Part shown: one piece after another, positions 11,501-23,400 of the stretch
Position numbering within the stretch: position 1 is the stretch's first letter
How the letters are laid out: each line of letters opens with the position of its first letter
Source of the DNA: Callorhinchus milii
Lineage: Eukaryota
Length of the DNA: 64,000 nt
Assembly: GCF_018977255.1 (NCBI RefSeq)
Contig: NW_024704749.1
Span: forward strand, 7,626,001-7,690,000
Direction of reading: 5' to 3'
Position numbers and translations under genes: made by a program
The notes under the pieces: generated by a model
Told to the model about the DNA's origin: nothing
The model's database searches: none
Seen by the model: only the letters and a program-made list of their open reading frames with translations

Positions 11501-14500
11501 TTACAACAAAAATAAGTTTAAAAAAATAATAATTTGGTCACTCAATTCACGACTGTTTGTGGAACACTGCTGCGTTTCGCCCACAAAAAATAGTCAGTTC
11601 ACTTTACAATATATTCCATGAAGCGCATTGAGATGTCTCGAAGCAATCATTATTATTATTACACAATGCCCAAAAGAAAGTTACTTGGATGTAGAAAATC
11701 CAACTTGGTGCTGTGAAGTAAGACTAAAATTTATCAATTTTTTTTCATAGAGACTTAACTTTTAAATATTCCTGTGTTATGTGGTTAGTGGGTGGCGTGG
11801 GGGTAAAAGAGAGACATCAAACTCACTTTTTCCCCCCGGGTGATTAATTGAACGATTCAGTGATTTGTTCGCTATCCGCAAATTTCTATCCATGCTTAAA
11901 TTGTTGCTTACAATACAATGAGTCCTCCTTCCAGCCACGAGTAGTTCTCACTAGCAGTAAGTAGGAACCCGGCTGTTAGTCGATTAGGGGATTGCTTTGT
12001 GGGGGTAATAAACCCTCCCACCCCCCAAAACAAACAAAATATTGGTTACTCGCTCCATGGCTGTTTGTGGGTCACTGCCGTGCGCAATTGACTGCTGTGT
12101 TTCATCCAAAAAATACAGCCAATTCACTTTACAGTATATTCAGTGAAGCTATGAGACGTCTCAACAACATGATAAGGCACTACATCAAATGCAAGGATTG
12201 TTATTATTGTTAAGGTGAGCTCAGGCCTGGGTGGGGGGTGGAAACTGATGGACAGTTGTTCCTTGGCTGCATCTCGAGTGAAATCAGAACTGTGTCAGCA
12301 TCATTGTGGTGTTGCTGCACACACTCAGGTCACTGAAGCCTCACTCCAGTAAATTAATAACTTGCTATAAATCTATGGCTCCAAGTCATGAAGGGGCAAT
12401 AGTGTTACCTATCACTATGTGCCAATTATAATGGCGAGGCAGCTACAGCCAGTGCCATCTAGTGGTGAGGGAGTTAAAATAACAACAGCAACAACGATTA
12501 GATTTACATAGAGCCTTTCAGGTCGGGAGGACATCCCAAGGCGCTGGACAGTGTACAGCATTTCAGACTCGAGCTGGGGTCGGGGGGGGGAGAAGGGAGG
12601 GGAGGGGAAGGGGGGTAGCCGATGGCATGGTCAAAGAGGAGGGTTTTGAGGCGGGACTTGAAGGAGGCTAAGGAGGGGCCGAGGCGGAGTGATTGGGGGA
12701 TGGAATTCCAGAGGTTGGGGGCAGAGTGGTTGAAGGGTCTCCTGCCAATGGTGGGGCGGGGGACATGGAGCAGGCCGGAGCTGGCTGAGCGGAGAGAGCG
12801 GGCGGGTTGGTTGGGTGTTAGGAGGTCACAGAGGTAGGGTGGGGCGAGACCATGGAGGGCTTTGTAGGTGAGAACCAGGATCTTGAACTGGATCCTCTGC
12901 AGGATAGGGAGCCAATGGAGTCTGGCGAGAGTGGGGGAGATGGGGTCACGGAGTTTGGTGCGGGAGAGGACACAGGCTGCAGAGTTTTCGATTATCTGCA
13001 GCCTGTGGAGGGAGGAGTTGGGAAGGCCGATAAGCAGGGCATTTGCATAGTCGAGCCTGGAGGTGATGAAGGCATGAACAAGAGTTTCAGCGCCTGAGGG
13101 GTGAGGTAGTGGCAGAGTCGGGCAATGTTACGGAGGTGAGGGAAGGCAGAGCAGGTCATGGCTTGGATGTGGGGAAGAAAAGGGCCTCAGTCTTGTTCAT
13201 ATTCAACTGTAGGAAATTTGTCCTCATCCAGGACTTGATGTCCGACAGACAGTTGGTCAGGACAGCAGTGGTCCTGGAGTTGAGGGTGGAGGCAGAAAAA
13301 TAGAGTTGGGTGTCATCCACATACATGTGGAAGTTGACCCCATGTCTGCAGATGATGTCACCAAGATATATGTATCTATATATGCATGTAGATATTAAAA
13401 TAAATCGCTCATTTATAATAATATAATCCTTGCATTTGATAGAGTGCCTTATATCGTTGAGACACCTCAAAGCGCTTCACAGAATATACCAAAAAGTGAA
13501 TTGACTGTATATTTTGTGGGCGAAACACGGCACCCAATTCCGCCCAGCAGCGTCCCACAAACAGTCGTGGATTGAGTGATCAAATTATTATTTTTTTTTT
13601 GAAGTTTAATTCAAAAAGGGATGTTGTTGCAGGGAATTGCAGCGAAACAGATCTATGAGTAACAGAGATTGTAGGGTGCCTGTTGGGGGGGAGGGTGGGG
13701 AGAGAGAGAGAGCACCATAAGCCATGTAAATCAATGTAGGATTAAAACCAACGGAACAGGAAATGAAGTTGCGTTTTTTTTATAGCGCCTTATCACGAGG
13801 AAACATCTCAAAGCGTTTTACATTCGTCATCAACTCTGAGTAGCGGTTTTGTAGATGTTTGCAACAGCCATTTTGTTTTATTGTACACAATAAGGTCAGT
13901 AAGCTGTAAGGCGATTGACCAACTTAGCCAGAGGATAAACCATCCAGGACACTGGGAGAAACTACCTTCTCTTTTCAAATAGTTCCGCAGAGTATTTTGA
14001 CGCCCACATTGGTGAAATAGACACAGATGATACTACGGTTTAAGATCTGTGCTGAAGGAACAAGGTTGGGCACATCGCCTGTCTGAGGAGTCATCTCACA
14101 ACAGCACACGCAGCTTATAATGTCAAGTGATCACAAGCTGGGCAAGAATTGGGAAACAATGTGGGGGGTGGGGAGAGAGAATGAAGAATTTCACTTGTGG
14201 GGGAGACCAAAACCAGGGGCCATCAATATAAAATGGTCACAAATAGATCAAATAGGGAAGTTAGAAGAAATTTCTTCACACAGAGAGTAGTGGGAATGTG
14301 GAACATGCTACCACAAGGAGTTGTTGAGGCAAATATCATAGATGCATTTAAGGGAAAGCTCGATAGGTGCATGAGGGAGAAAGGAATAGAAGCTTATGCT
14401 TGAAGGCTTAGTTGAGGAAGGGCAGGAGAAGGCTCACGTGGAGCATAAACACTGGAGTAGACCATTTCGGCCGAACCGCCTGTTTCTGTGCTGTATATTC

Positions 14501-15501
14501 TAATGTATTCTAGAAGGCACAAAAAAAACACTCTAATGCTCTAGCTACAATAATAATAATAATCCCTGCATTTGATATAGTGCCTTATCTCACTGTTGCG
14601 ACGTTTCAAAGCGATTCACAGGATATACTGTGTATTTTGTGGGCGAAACGTGGCAGCCAATGGTGCACAGCAGCGTCCCACAAACAGTCGTGGATTGAGC
14701 GGCAATTTTTTTCCCCCCCCTCTGGAAGGATTATTACCCTCCGCCAACCCACTAACAGCCGGGTTCCTACTTACTGTTTAGTGTACGGAGGCGTGTGCGT
14801 GTGTGTGTGTGTATGGAGCAAGGAAATTTACCTAAGTTGTCGCTCGGTCGGGAATTGAACCCGGGTCCTCTCGCTCGCTCGCGTGCGAGCTAACCATCTC
14901 GCGACGGGGACTCCATGTGAGATGAGTGACTGACACGTGCGTGTGTTCCTCTTGACTGCAGGTGGCCATGGTGGAGGTGCAGTTGGATGGAAACCACCCT
15001 TACCCACAGGGCCTCCTGATAGCTTTCAGTGCCTGCACCACGGTGTTGGTCGCTGTCCACCTCTTTGCCCTGATGATCAGCACGTGTATCCTGCCCAACA
15101 TTGAGGCGGTCAGCAACGTACACAACCTGAACTCAGTGCATGAGAGCCCGCACGAGCGCATGCACCGGCACATCGAGCTCGCCTGGGCCTTCTCCACCGT
15201 CATCGGGACCCTCCTCTTCCTGGCCGAGGTGGTCCTGCTCTGCTGGGTCAAGTTCCTGCCGCTGAAGAACACGCGCGCCAGCAACTCGTCCATCTCCCCG
15301 GGGGAGGCGGCCGCTATCACCTCCACCTCCATCATGGTGCCTTTCGGCCTCATCTTCATCATCTTCGCCGTTCACTTCTACCGCTCCCTGGTTAGTCACA
15401 AGACGGAGCGGGTGGAGCGGGAGTTGGACGTGCTCGCACAACTGCAAGACCAACTGGACCGAGGAGACACCATGCAGCCTCCTGTGTCTCATTACGCATG
15501 A
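8443..15501 (+). CDS. ORAI1: Calcium release-activated calcium channel protein 1, join(8443..8556,14962..15501), 217 aa
   Basis: [38 protein letters not shown]|VAMVEVQL...SHYA; ORAI1-type C-terminus; synteny with KDM2B and MORN3. Confidence 0.97.
10040..10292 (+). mobile_element. CR1 3' fragment
   Basis: [24 protein letters not shown]; matches 23350-23550 in reverse. Confidence 0.75.
10848..11218 (-). mobile_element. Long-subfamily SINE (left arm of palindrome)
   Basis: Family similarity. Confidence 0.85.
11317..11660 (+). mobile_element. Long-subfamily SINE (right arm of palindrome)
   Basis: Family similarity. Confidence 0.85.
12480..13365 (-). mobile_element. L2-clade LINE 3' fragment (end of RT plus tail)
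   Basis: [11 protein letters not shown] and [17 protein letters not shown] motifs; (TTG)n tail. Confidence 0.88.
14197..14515 (+). mobile_element. CR1 LINE 3' end
   Basis: TRGH...[20 protein letters not shown]2 C-terminus. Confidence 0.88.
14548..14914 (-). mobile_element. Long-subfamily SINE just upstream of ORAI1 exon 2
   Basis: Family similarity. Confidence 0.8.
14962..15501 (+). CDS. ORAI1: ORAI1 coding exon 2 (end of TM1 through TM4, C-terminus)
   Basis: CTGCAG|GTG acceptor; [17 protein letters not shown] and FYRSLVSHK motifs; TGA stop. Confidence 0.97.
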   Translation: MAMVEVQLDGNHPYPQGLLIAFSACTTVLVAVHLFALMISTCILPNIEAVSNVHNLNSVHESPHERMHRHIELAWAFSTVIGTLLFLAEVVLLCWVKFLPLKNTRASNSSISPGEAAAITSTSIMVPFGLIFIIFAVHFYRSLVSHKTERVERELDVLAQLQDQLDRGDTMQPPVSHYA

Positions 15502-15987
15502 GGCTGTTTTGTTTTTTTAACCGGCTACGGAATTGAGGGGGAAATTGGCTCCTTTTATTATTGGTGCAGTTTACAGCACTCGGTCTGTGCATGAAATGAA
15601 CACCAGGACTGTTTTTGTTTTTCTTCGATACAAGAGAAGAAGCTTAAAAACTGATTGCTACGATTTTTCTCTTTTTTGCTTGGTTTTGAAAAGGGTTGTG
15701 GGGGGCGGGAGGATGGTCGGTGTTGATGGGACTGTGGCCAGTGAAAGGGGGGGATTTTTTTTTACTGTTCGTGTCTTCAGATTTCAAACCGTGACCCCCC
15801 CACCCCCACCCCAACCCCCACCTAAAGTTGGCGAAGTGTGCATGCATTTTACTCTCAGCTCTGTACAGGATTACACTGGATTGTTTCATTTTTTTTTGAA
15901 CATTAAAGAGACTATTGTTTGAGCGTGACTGCGGGCGAGCAAGTTCAGTGTTCACATCAATCGAAACGACGGGGCAAAACCAATGGA

Positions 15988-16175
15988 AGAATTTGCTAAG
16001 CGAAGGAAGACCAAGGTCCACCGTCCTGGCAGTCGCATGACATGTTGCGTCCCAAACTTTATATTACATCCCGAGATATTATTTCCTAACAGAAAACTAT
16101 CTCATTTGTTCTCAGATGAATCGATACTTTCTGCTTCCACCGTCTCCCAAGAGAACCTGTTCCATGTATTTATTG
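15988..16175 (-). mobile_element. CR1 3' fragment (sister copy at 16690-17200 is interrupted by a SINE)
   Basis: Similarity to 16692-16776 plus 17096-17200 and to 23350-23520. Confidence 0.65.
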
Positions 16176-16776
16176 CTCGCTCGCCGATGTAGTGTTTTCA
16201 GCAGATTTGTTCAGAATTTACCCCAAGTATCACAAGAATCCACAAGGTTCCACAGTCCAGGTGTCTGTTGCATGTATTTCGAAGTCCCTTGACGTTCCTA
16301 ATTGTAGCAGCCTCTCTCTCTCTCTCAATTTCCCCATCTTTGGGTGCTTTTTAAATCTTTATATATATATATAGTATATATATTGTGTTTGGCAAATGTT
16401 ACTGTAAAAAAAAGTGCAACGGGTGCTTTTAGACTCTTCTTTAAAGGGAAGTGCTGGGAGTTGACTGGAAAATCCCAGTTCATAGCAACTGGAATGTTAA
16501 CACAATTTCATTGCAGTTTCAGATTCTTTAATACACATAAAAAACACACCACACACAGGCTGTGACTGTTAATTATTGAACCGAACCTGAAATACCTCAG
16601 TTATTCCCAACAGTTCTGATCTCTGCAGTAAACTGAATTCTGCTAGTAGGTAGCACAGAATTCATTAATCTTCCTCAACCGATCACATAAAAATTTGCTA
16701 AGCGAAAGAAGGTCCATCCAGTTCGCCTTCCACCATAACAGTTGCATGTTACGTCCCAAACTATATACAGTATCCC

Positions 16777-17095
16777 GTGGAGTCCTGTAGCTCAGTGGTT
16801 AGAGCACTCGCTTTGCAGGTGAGAGACCTGAGTTCAATTCCTGGCGGGCGAAACCTTGGGCAAGTTTCCTTACTCCACACAGAGCCTAATAATAATCCCT
16901 CCAAAAAACAAAACAATAATAAATTGGTCATTTTCAATCCACGACTGTTTGTGGGACGCTCCTGTGCGCAATTCGCTGCCGCGTTCGCCCACAAATATAC
17001 AGTCAATTCACTTTACAGAATATTCTGTGAAGCGCTTTGGGACGTCTAGAAGACGTGAAAAGCGCCATATCAAATGCAAGGATTATTATTATTAT
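16777..17095 (+). mobile_element. Full-length tRNA(Ala-like)-derived SINE, short (young) subfamily, inserted in a CR1 3' fragment
   Basis: A box TAGCTCAGTGG, TGC anticodon-like arm, B box GAGTTCAATTCC, (ATT)n tail; many copies in the window. Confidence 0.9.
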
Positions 17096-17778
17096 ACATG
17101 ATTTCCTACCAGAAATCTATATAATTGATTCTAAAAAGAATCAACACTCTCTGCTTCCTCTCTCGCTCTCTCTGTGGGGAGCCTTTTCCATATGTTTACG
17201 TTTACTTGCTCACTTTAAGCTTGAGCCCTGATACAAATTCTAGTTAGTTCTTTCTGCAGCAGCCAGTGTAAACTGATACTGTATTCAGACCTACATGGAT
17301 ACAGGCTTTTACTAAAGATTAAATTTCCCTGTAAGTAAAGTGCTAATCATTTGTAAGAGGAAACAAGGAAGGGGTTTGTGAAACCCATTTTTTTTTACAT
17401 ATCCAGTGTCAAATTCCCAGCCATCGCTTTAAAGGTACAACAACAAATCTCGAACAATTGAATGAATTGGTGTACATCACACAAGGTTGCATTTAGACTG
17501 GCAACCTGAAGGACTTCACAAGTGGTTTTAATCGATTGTGATCATCATCAACAACTGGGAATAAAGTGAATGTAAACTGGGTTTCCCACTGTATGTCCCC
17601 TGCCATTGTCCTGCATTCCTTGAAAGAAAAGGTTTGTTGAAAACCAGTTTGGAATGGGTTTACAGCATAGTGAGAATTAATCTCAGTGAACGAGAAGCAA
17701 AAATATGTGACTTAATCCATGTTTTTGGACATTGGACTATAAATCAATCAGAACCTTCAACGACATGGATCCACTACT

Positions 17779-17972
17779 GGCAGCATCCATGGAGAGAAGA
17801 AAATGAGTTAACATTTCAGGTCTATGACCTGTTGCCCATTCTGACGAAAGGTCATAAACCTGAAACGTTAATGTATTTTCCACTCTCCATGGATGCTGCC
17901 TGACCTGCTGCGTATTCCCAGCGACTTTTGTGTTTATACCAGATTTCCAGGATCTGCAGTACTTTGTCTTTT
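17779..17972 (+). mobile_element. Penelope-related palindromic repeat with hammerhead-like core; partial reverse copy at 36769-36875
   Basis: Inverted arms GGCAGCATCCATGGAG...CTCCATGGATGCTGCC; CTGACGA...GAAACGTT. Confidence 0.7.
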
Positions 17973-18724
17973 GGAGAAGGCATTGCTCACACATTGCTGA
18001 GAATGTTGATTATCGCAATCCAATTGAGGCACTGATAGGCAAAGTATCGTACAGTCACTTTGTAAAGAATTTTGGTGTCAGTAGCTAATTTGAGTACGAT
18101 GTAAACAGAATGGTAGAAACTACCATGAGACCCATTGAGTCTCCTTCGCCTAATCCCAATACCCTTCTCTTTCCCCGCAATTACTTGCATTTGTGGATAT
18201 CTCACACACATAAAAAACGAAAGACATATTGATAGCATGTCTCTATCCATTTCCACAAAGCTTGCACATCAACCCACATTCCACTACATTGGGGCCGACA
18301 AGCTCAAAAAACAGCTGTCCTGACTCGAGCCAACGCATGTTTAAGATCGCGTGATCTGCTTCTACCCAGTCTGTGGAAAGGAAATCTTCACTTTGGAGTC
18401 AACGTAATCGTGTTTAAAGATCACATGGCGCTTAAAATTCAGAACTTTTACCTGTCAGCCCTAAATGGAGTTGTTTTTTTTAATATCAGCACCCACCCCC
18501 CCCCCCACCTCAGCAAGATCACCTTTTGTGAAAATCTCAAAAACACCCAGCGAAACATGTGGTGGTTTGGCAGGTAGGTTTCTTTGACAACATGATTAAT
18601 AAGTGAAATTAAACGTGGACAAGTCAGGACAAGGCATGGTTAGCTCACTTGCCAACTGCAAATCACCTCACGTAACAAACTGTCCCAGGTTCCCTACAGT
18701 CGGGCTCTCAAGTGCTCACTTAGT

Positions 18725-18940
18725 CCATTAGAACCATAGAATTGTACGGCACAGTGATTTATAGCCCACTTGGCCCATCGTGTCTAACAGACCGAATGCT
18801 TCCAGTCCCGTGTACCTGCCCTTACGCCATACCCCTGTAAATTGGCTCCTCTTTAGGTATTTATCCTGTTCTCTTTTGCAAGCTAATATGGAATGCGTCT
18901 CACCCAGTTCTCCAGCTGAGTGCACATTCCATAACCATAA
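18725..18940 (-). mobile_element. CR1 3' fragment
   Basis: Typical CR1 3' UTR (TTAGAACCATAGAA...GGCCCATCG). Confidence 0.65.
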
Positions 18941-19182
18941 CTCCCCCCTGTATCCAAATACTTTGCTTCCATTTTATAAATGTTTTTAAATCTACAGCAA
19001 CCATTCGCAAATATTTGCTCAAGTCAGGCTAACCTGGTAGATACAAAAGGTTGGCCAGTCAACCACTTTATTTTGACTGATCTGCAGCCTCTTGTCCGTT
19101 ATATTCACAGCTCGGATGCAGTCTTGCAGGCGCAAACAGGAGAAGCAGCCTTCAATTTGGCCTAGAAGGAATCTTTAATAAG

Positions 19183-19493
19183 AATGATAATCCTTGCATT
19201 TCATATCGTGCCTTATCACATCGTTGAGACATCTCAAACCGCTTTACAGAATATACTGTAAAGTGGAGTGACTGTATGTTTCATGGGCAAAACGCAGCAG
19301 CCAATTGTGCACAGCAATCGTGGATTCAGTGACCAAATTTCTTTTTTGGAAGGGATTATTACCCCAAAAAATGTGATCTACCAATCTAATTGGTGTGTGG
19401 AGTAAGGAAACTTGCTTAAGGTTTCGCCCCGCCCAGGAACTGAATCCAGGTCCTTAGCAAGGCAAACGCGCTAAGCATTAGGCCATGGGACTC
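19183..19493 (-). mobile_element. SINE copy
   Basis: Family similarity. Confidence 0.8.
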
Positions 19494-20378
19494 CTTTTCA
19501 GGGCAATCGGGGAATGGGCGATAAATGCTGGCACTTTCCGTGTCGCTCACATCCTAAGATGAACTTAAAAAGAAAGTGTAGAACGTGTGGGGCATTTTGC
19601 TTTCCAGTCTCTCAAGATAAACCACTTCATTCACACTCACTCCCTCCTCACCCTCCCCATTTCTGCACCTCCGCAAGCAAGCGTCAGCTGATGATCTCGA
19701 AGACTGATCTTGACATGAGAAACTATCACATGCACAAAATAAATTTACATTAAAATCCAGTAGTAACCCGCAATGCACATTCTGGGATCCCCAAGCTTTG
19801 GCTCTTGCCAACCTGCGCCTAATACTTTCCGGATTGGGTAGCCAGAGAGAGAGAGAGTGCGCATTCCATTCCAACAATCTATCTCTGGGATTTCCATGTG
19901 TAGGTGGGATGCATGGAATTCTCAGCTTGGTTTGGATACTCTTAAGCACGGTGATGGGTTTCCGTATGTGTCACACCCAGCTGACCAAATAAAAATTACA
20001 ATTTAGGAGTGATCAGTCATTCACTCATCAGCCTTCACGACCCACCAGCCACTTAGAAAGGTCGGCCCAGCACTCTTTGTAAATTAATTAGAACTACATT
20101 TGTGTCATCCAGGAATGCAATTTATATGCTGCACATCATACTATAAACCCTTATTAAATAAATGATTTATACAAATGTTCCATTGCCCAAATCAGAGAAG
20201 TCTTTGGCACAATCATTTGAGAGATCAGTTTTTGGATTGATTCACACGTGGTAAGAGCACACCAAAAAAAATCAGGTGCTTAATGCAGGAAAGTCTGATG
20301 ATGGGCCTCACTTGTGGACACACTTATTTTTCCATGGTTACCATGTAGGATTGATCGAACTTGGAAAGGCGAAATCTC

Positions 20379-20456
20379 TTAGACGTTCTCGTCTTCCACC
20401 TCCAGAAACATTGACTTAGCTTCCTCTAAAACTGCAGAGGCATCCACCATTTGGAG
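20379..20456 (-). CDS. MORN3: MORN3 last coding exon
   Basis: TTCTTCTTCAG|LQMVDASAVLEEAKSMFLEVEDENV*; resembles the recalled human C-terminus VKILDPDGVLAEALAMF. Confidence 0.85.
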   Translation of the reverse strand, partial: LQMVDASAVLEEAKSMFLEVEDENV

Positions 20457-23400
20457 CTGAAGAAGAAAAGGAAACTATTATAATATTTGAAGGTCTCTCC
20501 TTACTTTCCCAGTGTTCCTGGCACCACAATTAGCCCCTTCTTTCCCTCACCCTCAAGTAAAAATTGGTCATTCACTTTGTGGCCATTTGTGGATGTGTAA
20601 ATTGGCAGCCAACAGAATACATAGTTACTACACTTTACGGCAAATCTTGTGAAACGCTTTGCGACGTCCTTCCAATTGAGCTAAATAATAATAATCCTTG
20701 CATTTAATAAAGTGACTTATCACGTCATTGAGACATCCCAAAGCACTTCACAGGATATATTATAATGAAGTGTATTTTGTGGGTGAAACGAGGCAGCCAA
20801 TTGTGCGCAGCAGTGTCCTACAAACAGTCGTGGATTGAGTGACAATTTTTTTTAAGGGATTCTTACATCTGGAAAGCGATCCGTCAATCGAATAACAACC
20901 AGGTTCCTACTTATGACTCGGTAAACAGAGGGGTAAGGAAATTTACCAGAATCCTTAACATCCTTAAAAGGCATTTGTATGTGGGAATAGACAGTGTATC
21001 ATTTTCCAATAGAGATGGGAAATTTCCTGCCTTTGTAGGCAAACATTCATTAGGAAAGCTGTAATTAGCTGTATTCCTTTGGTTTGTTCCTTTGGCAAGA
21101 ATTAAATTTAGGTTTCCTTCCTCACTCCCGAGTGGAAAAAAACGATTCACAAAAAGCAACCTCCATGATTTCTCTAATGGAATTATTCACTTTAATAACA
21201 ATTCAAAAAAATTATTTGGTCGCTCAATCCACAACTGTTTGTGGGACACTGCTGTGTGCAATTTACTGCTGCATTTCGCCCACAAAAATACAGTCAATTC
21301 GCTTTACAATATATTCTGTGAAGCACTTATAGACGTCTTGAAGACCTGATAAGGCGCTATATCAAATGCAAGGATTATTATTAAGCTGCATATAAACATT
21401 GGCAAGGTGTCACAATTGCTATGGATAATATACTGAGCTGGACTGAGTCAGGGTCACCCAAACTCTCCACCCATCACTTCTGACTGTAGAGGAAAGTTAT
21501 TTATGAGTTGATAAATATCTCCAGTGGCAGGTTTCATTTAGGTTACCCCATCCTTCATTGAAAGTTACTGTGTGAAGAAGGTAATGAAATCTGTGTCCTT
21601 CACCCCAAAAAGAGATACTTAAAAAACAAACCAATTAAATATCGAATGTGAGAAACTTGGATTTTTATCACATCTGTACTTTAACATCTCTACTTAAGCT
21701 CTTTTGAACGAATGACTTTGAATTTTATAATGTGGAAACATACCATTTCAGAGGAATGATTGAAAATACACAAAATAACAGTCAATCCATTTTACAGTAT
21801 ATTCTGTGAAGCACTTTAAGACGTCTCAATGACATGATAAGGGGCTATATCAAATGCAAGGATTATATGTAGTTGGACAATTTTTGTGCGCAAACGCAGG
21901 GGCCAATTTGCAAGTCTCTTTTTCGAACAGCTTCAAACAATCTTTTAATGTCCTCCTTCAGTGAAGACCAGACAGACGGGACCTCAGTTTAATGTCTCAC
22001 CTGAACACATGTTAGAGGTACAAGTTACTAGACCAGCTCCACATACAGCAGCAGGCAGGTTGTCAGAAATCGAGGCGAGCTAATTCTATTGGCAATGGAA
22101 TGAGTAAGAGCACAAAGGGTTTTGATGTGTAAGCATTTGGGAATCATCAGCTCATTGCCCTGATGTTAAACAGCCACACATTTTTGATGCAAAGTCCAAC
22201 AGGACTTTGATTCTGACTCAGCAATCTCACGTATCAGCTTTGGCGATTCATTTTGACCCATATAAAGGCATGAAACAATTTGTGATTACGTGTATGGCCT
22301 ATTCGAATAAGTTATTATTCGGGATAGGTATTGGACATAACAATGGAAACTAAACATTTACATCTGGTGTCAGCATTGAGAACGTCTAAACTTCAAGTGT
22401 AATATGGAGTCAAGCTTCTCCGGCTCTGTGAAAGACCACATAGGAAGAATGTCCAACTGACAGAATACGCACCACACACACACCCACCCACACACGCTTC
22501 ATTCCGATTCGTCACGTCACATAGATTATCAAAATCAAGGACATCTCTTTCCTTGTTGAGACTACAAACCTATAACTTTGTGTTACAGCATATTCCATCC
22601 TGTCTCGTATTTTAGAACCCTTGGTAGAAACTTTGAAAAGTGCCTTTGGTAGAAACTTTGGAAAATGGAGTGAAGTGAAAAACCTTAATTATAATAATAA
22701 TAATTCTATAAATCATTCCAAATTTGGGGCAAAATGCCACCTGGAGGAATTCTTCAAATGGATAAATAAAATTATTATATTCTACGAATGGTCACATTGG
22801 GAGAATAGCCAATAAAGTCAATCATCTACAGAGAGCCAATAAACTCTCATTGGTAAGACACCAAGTGTCACTGGGACAATAAGTAAAAGGGGATAACGGA
22901 AAAGGAGTGAGCGAGGAATGGTCAGTGACATTTGGCGGGGGCAATTATGGAGTTGGATTGGGGTGTTGTGTGTGTTGTACCTATGGTAACAACACAATGA
23001 GGAGACTGTTTGAACATCCGATTATTTAAACACACACACAGAGATTCCCAGTTATCAGAACACAGGGACTGGAGCCGCACCAGGGACGAGGAAAAACTAG
23101 GTCATACATGGACAACCAAGTGCCAACTTTGGAGCGAAGCTTGAGATCAGACAGCAAGGATAATCTGAAGAATAACCAAAAAAGGAGAAAAAGAGAAACC
23201 TTCGCTAAAGACTAAATGCGGCTTGAAATCTGCTTATAGGTAATAATGTATAGAGAGAGAATAGGCTATGGTGTATTTAAATAGTAAGATATTAATATCA
23301 CAAGTTATGGAATTAATATGATAACTATGATTTAACATAACTTAAGAAATGCTAGACAAAAAAAGACCGAGGTTCATCTAGTTTGCCTTCCACCTTCCTA

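Noticed and set aside
16777-16850. tRNA-Ala(TGC)-like sequence (also at 52691, 30310-30382 and others)
   Set aside because: It is the head of a SINE; the acceptor stem is incomplete and it runs into the SINE body
20685-21383. Second inverted SINE pair as a foldback duplication (also 52691-53450)
   Set aside because: The spacers are not self-complementary; consistent with independent insertions
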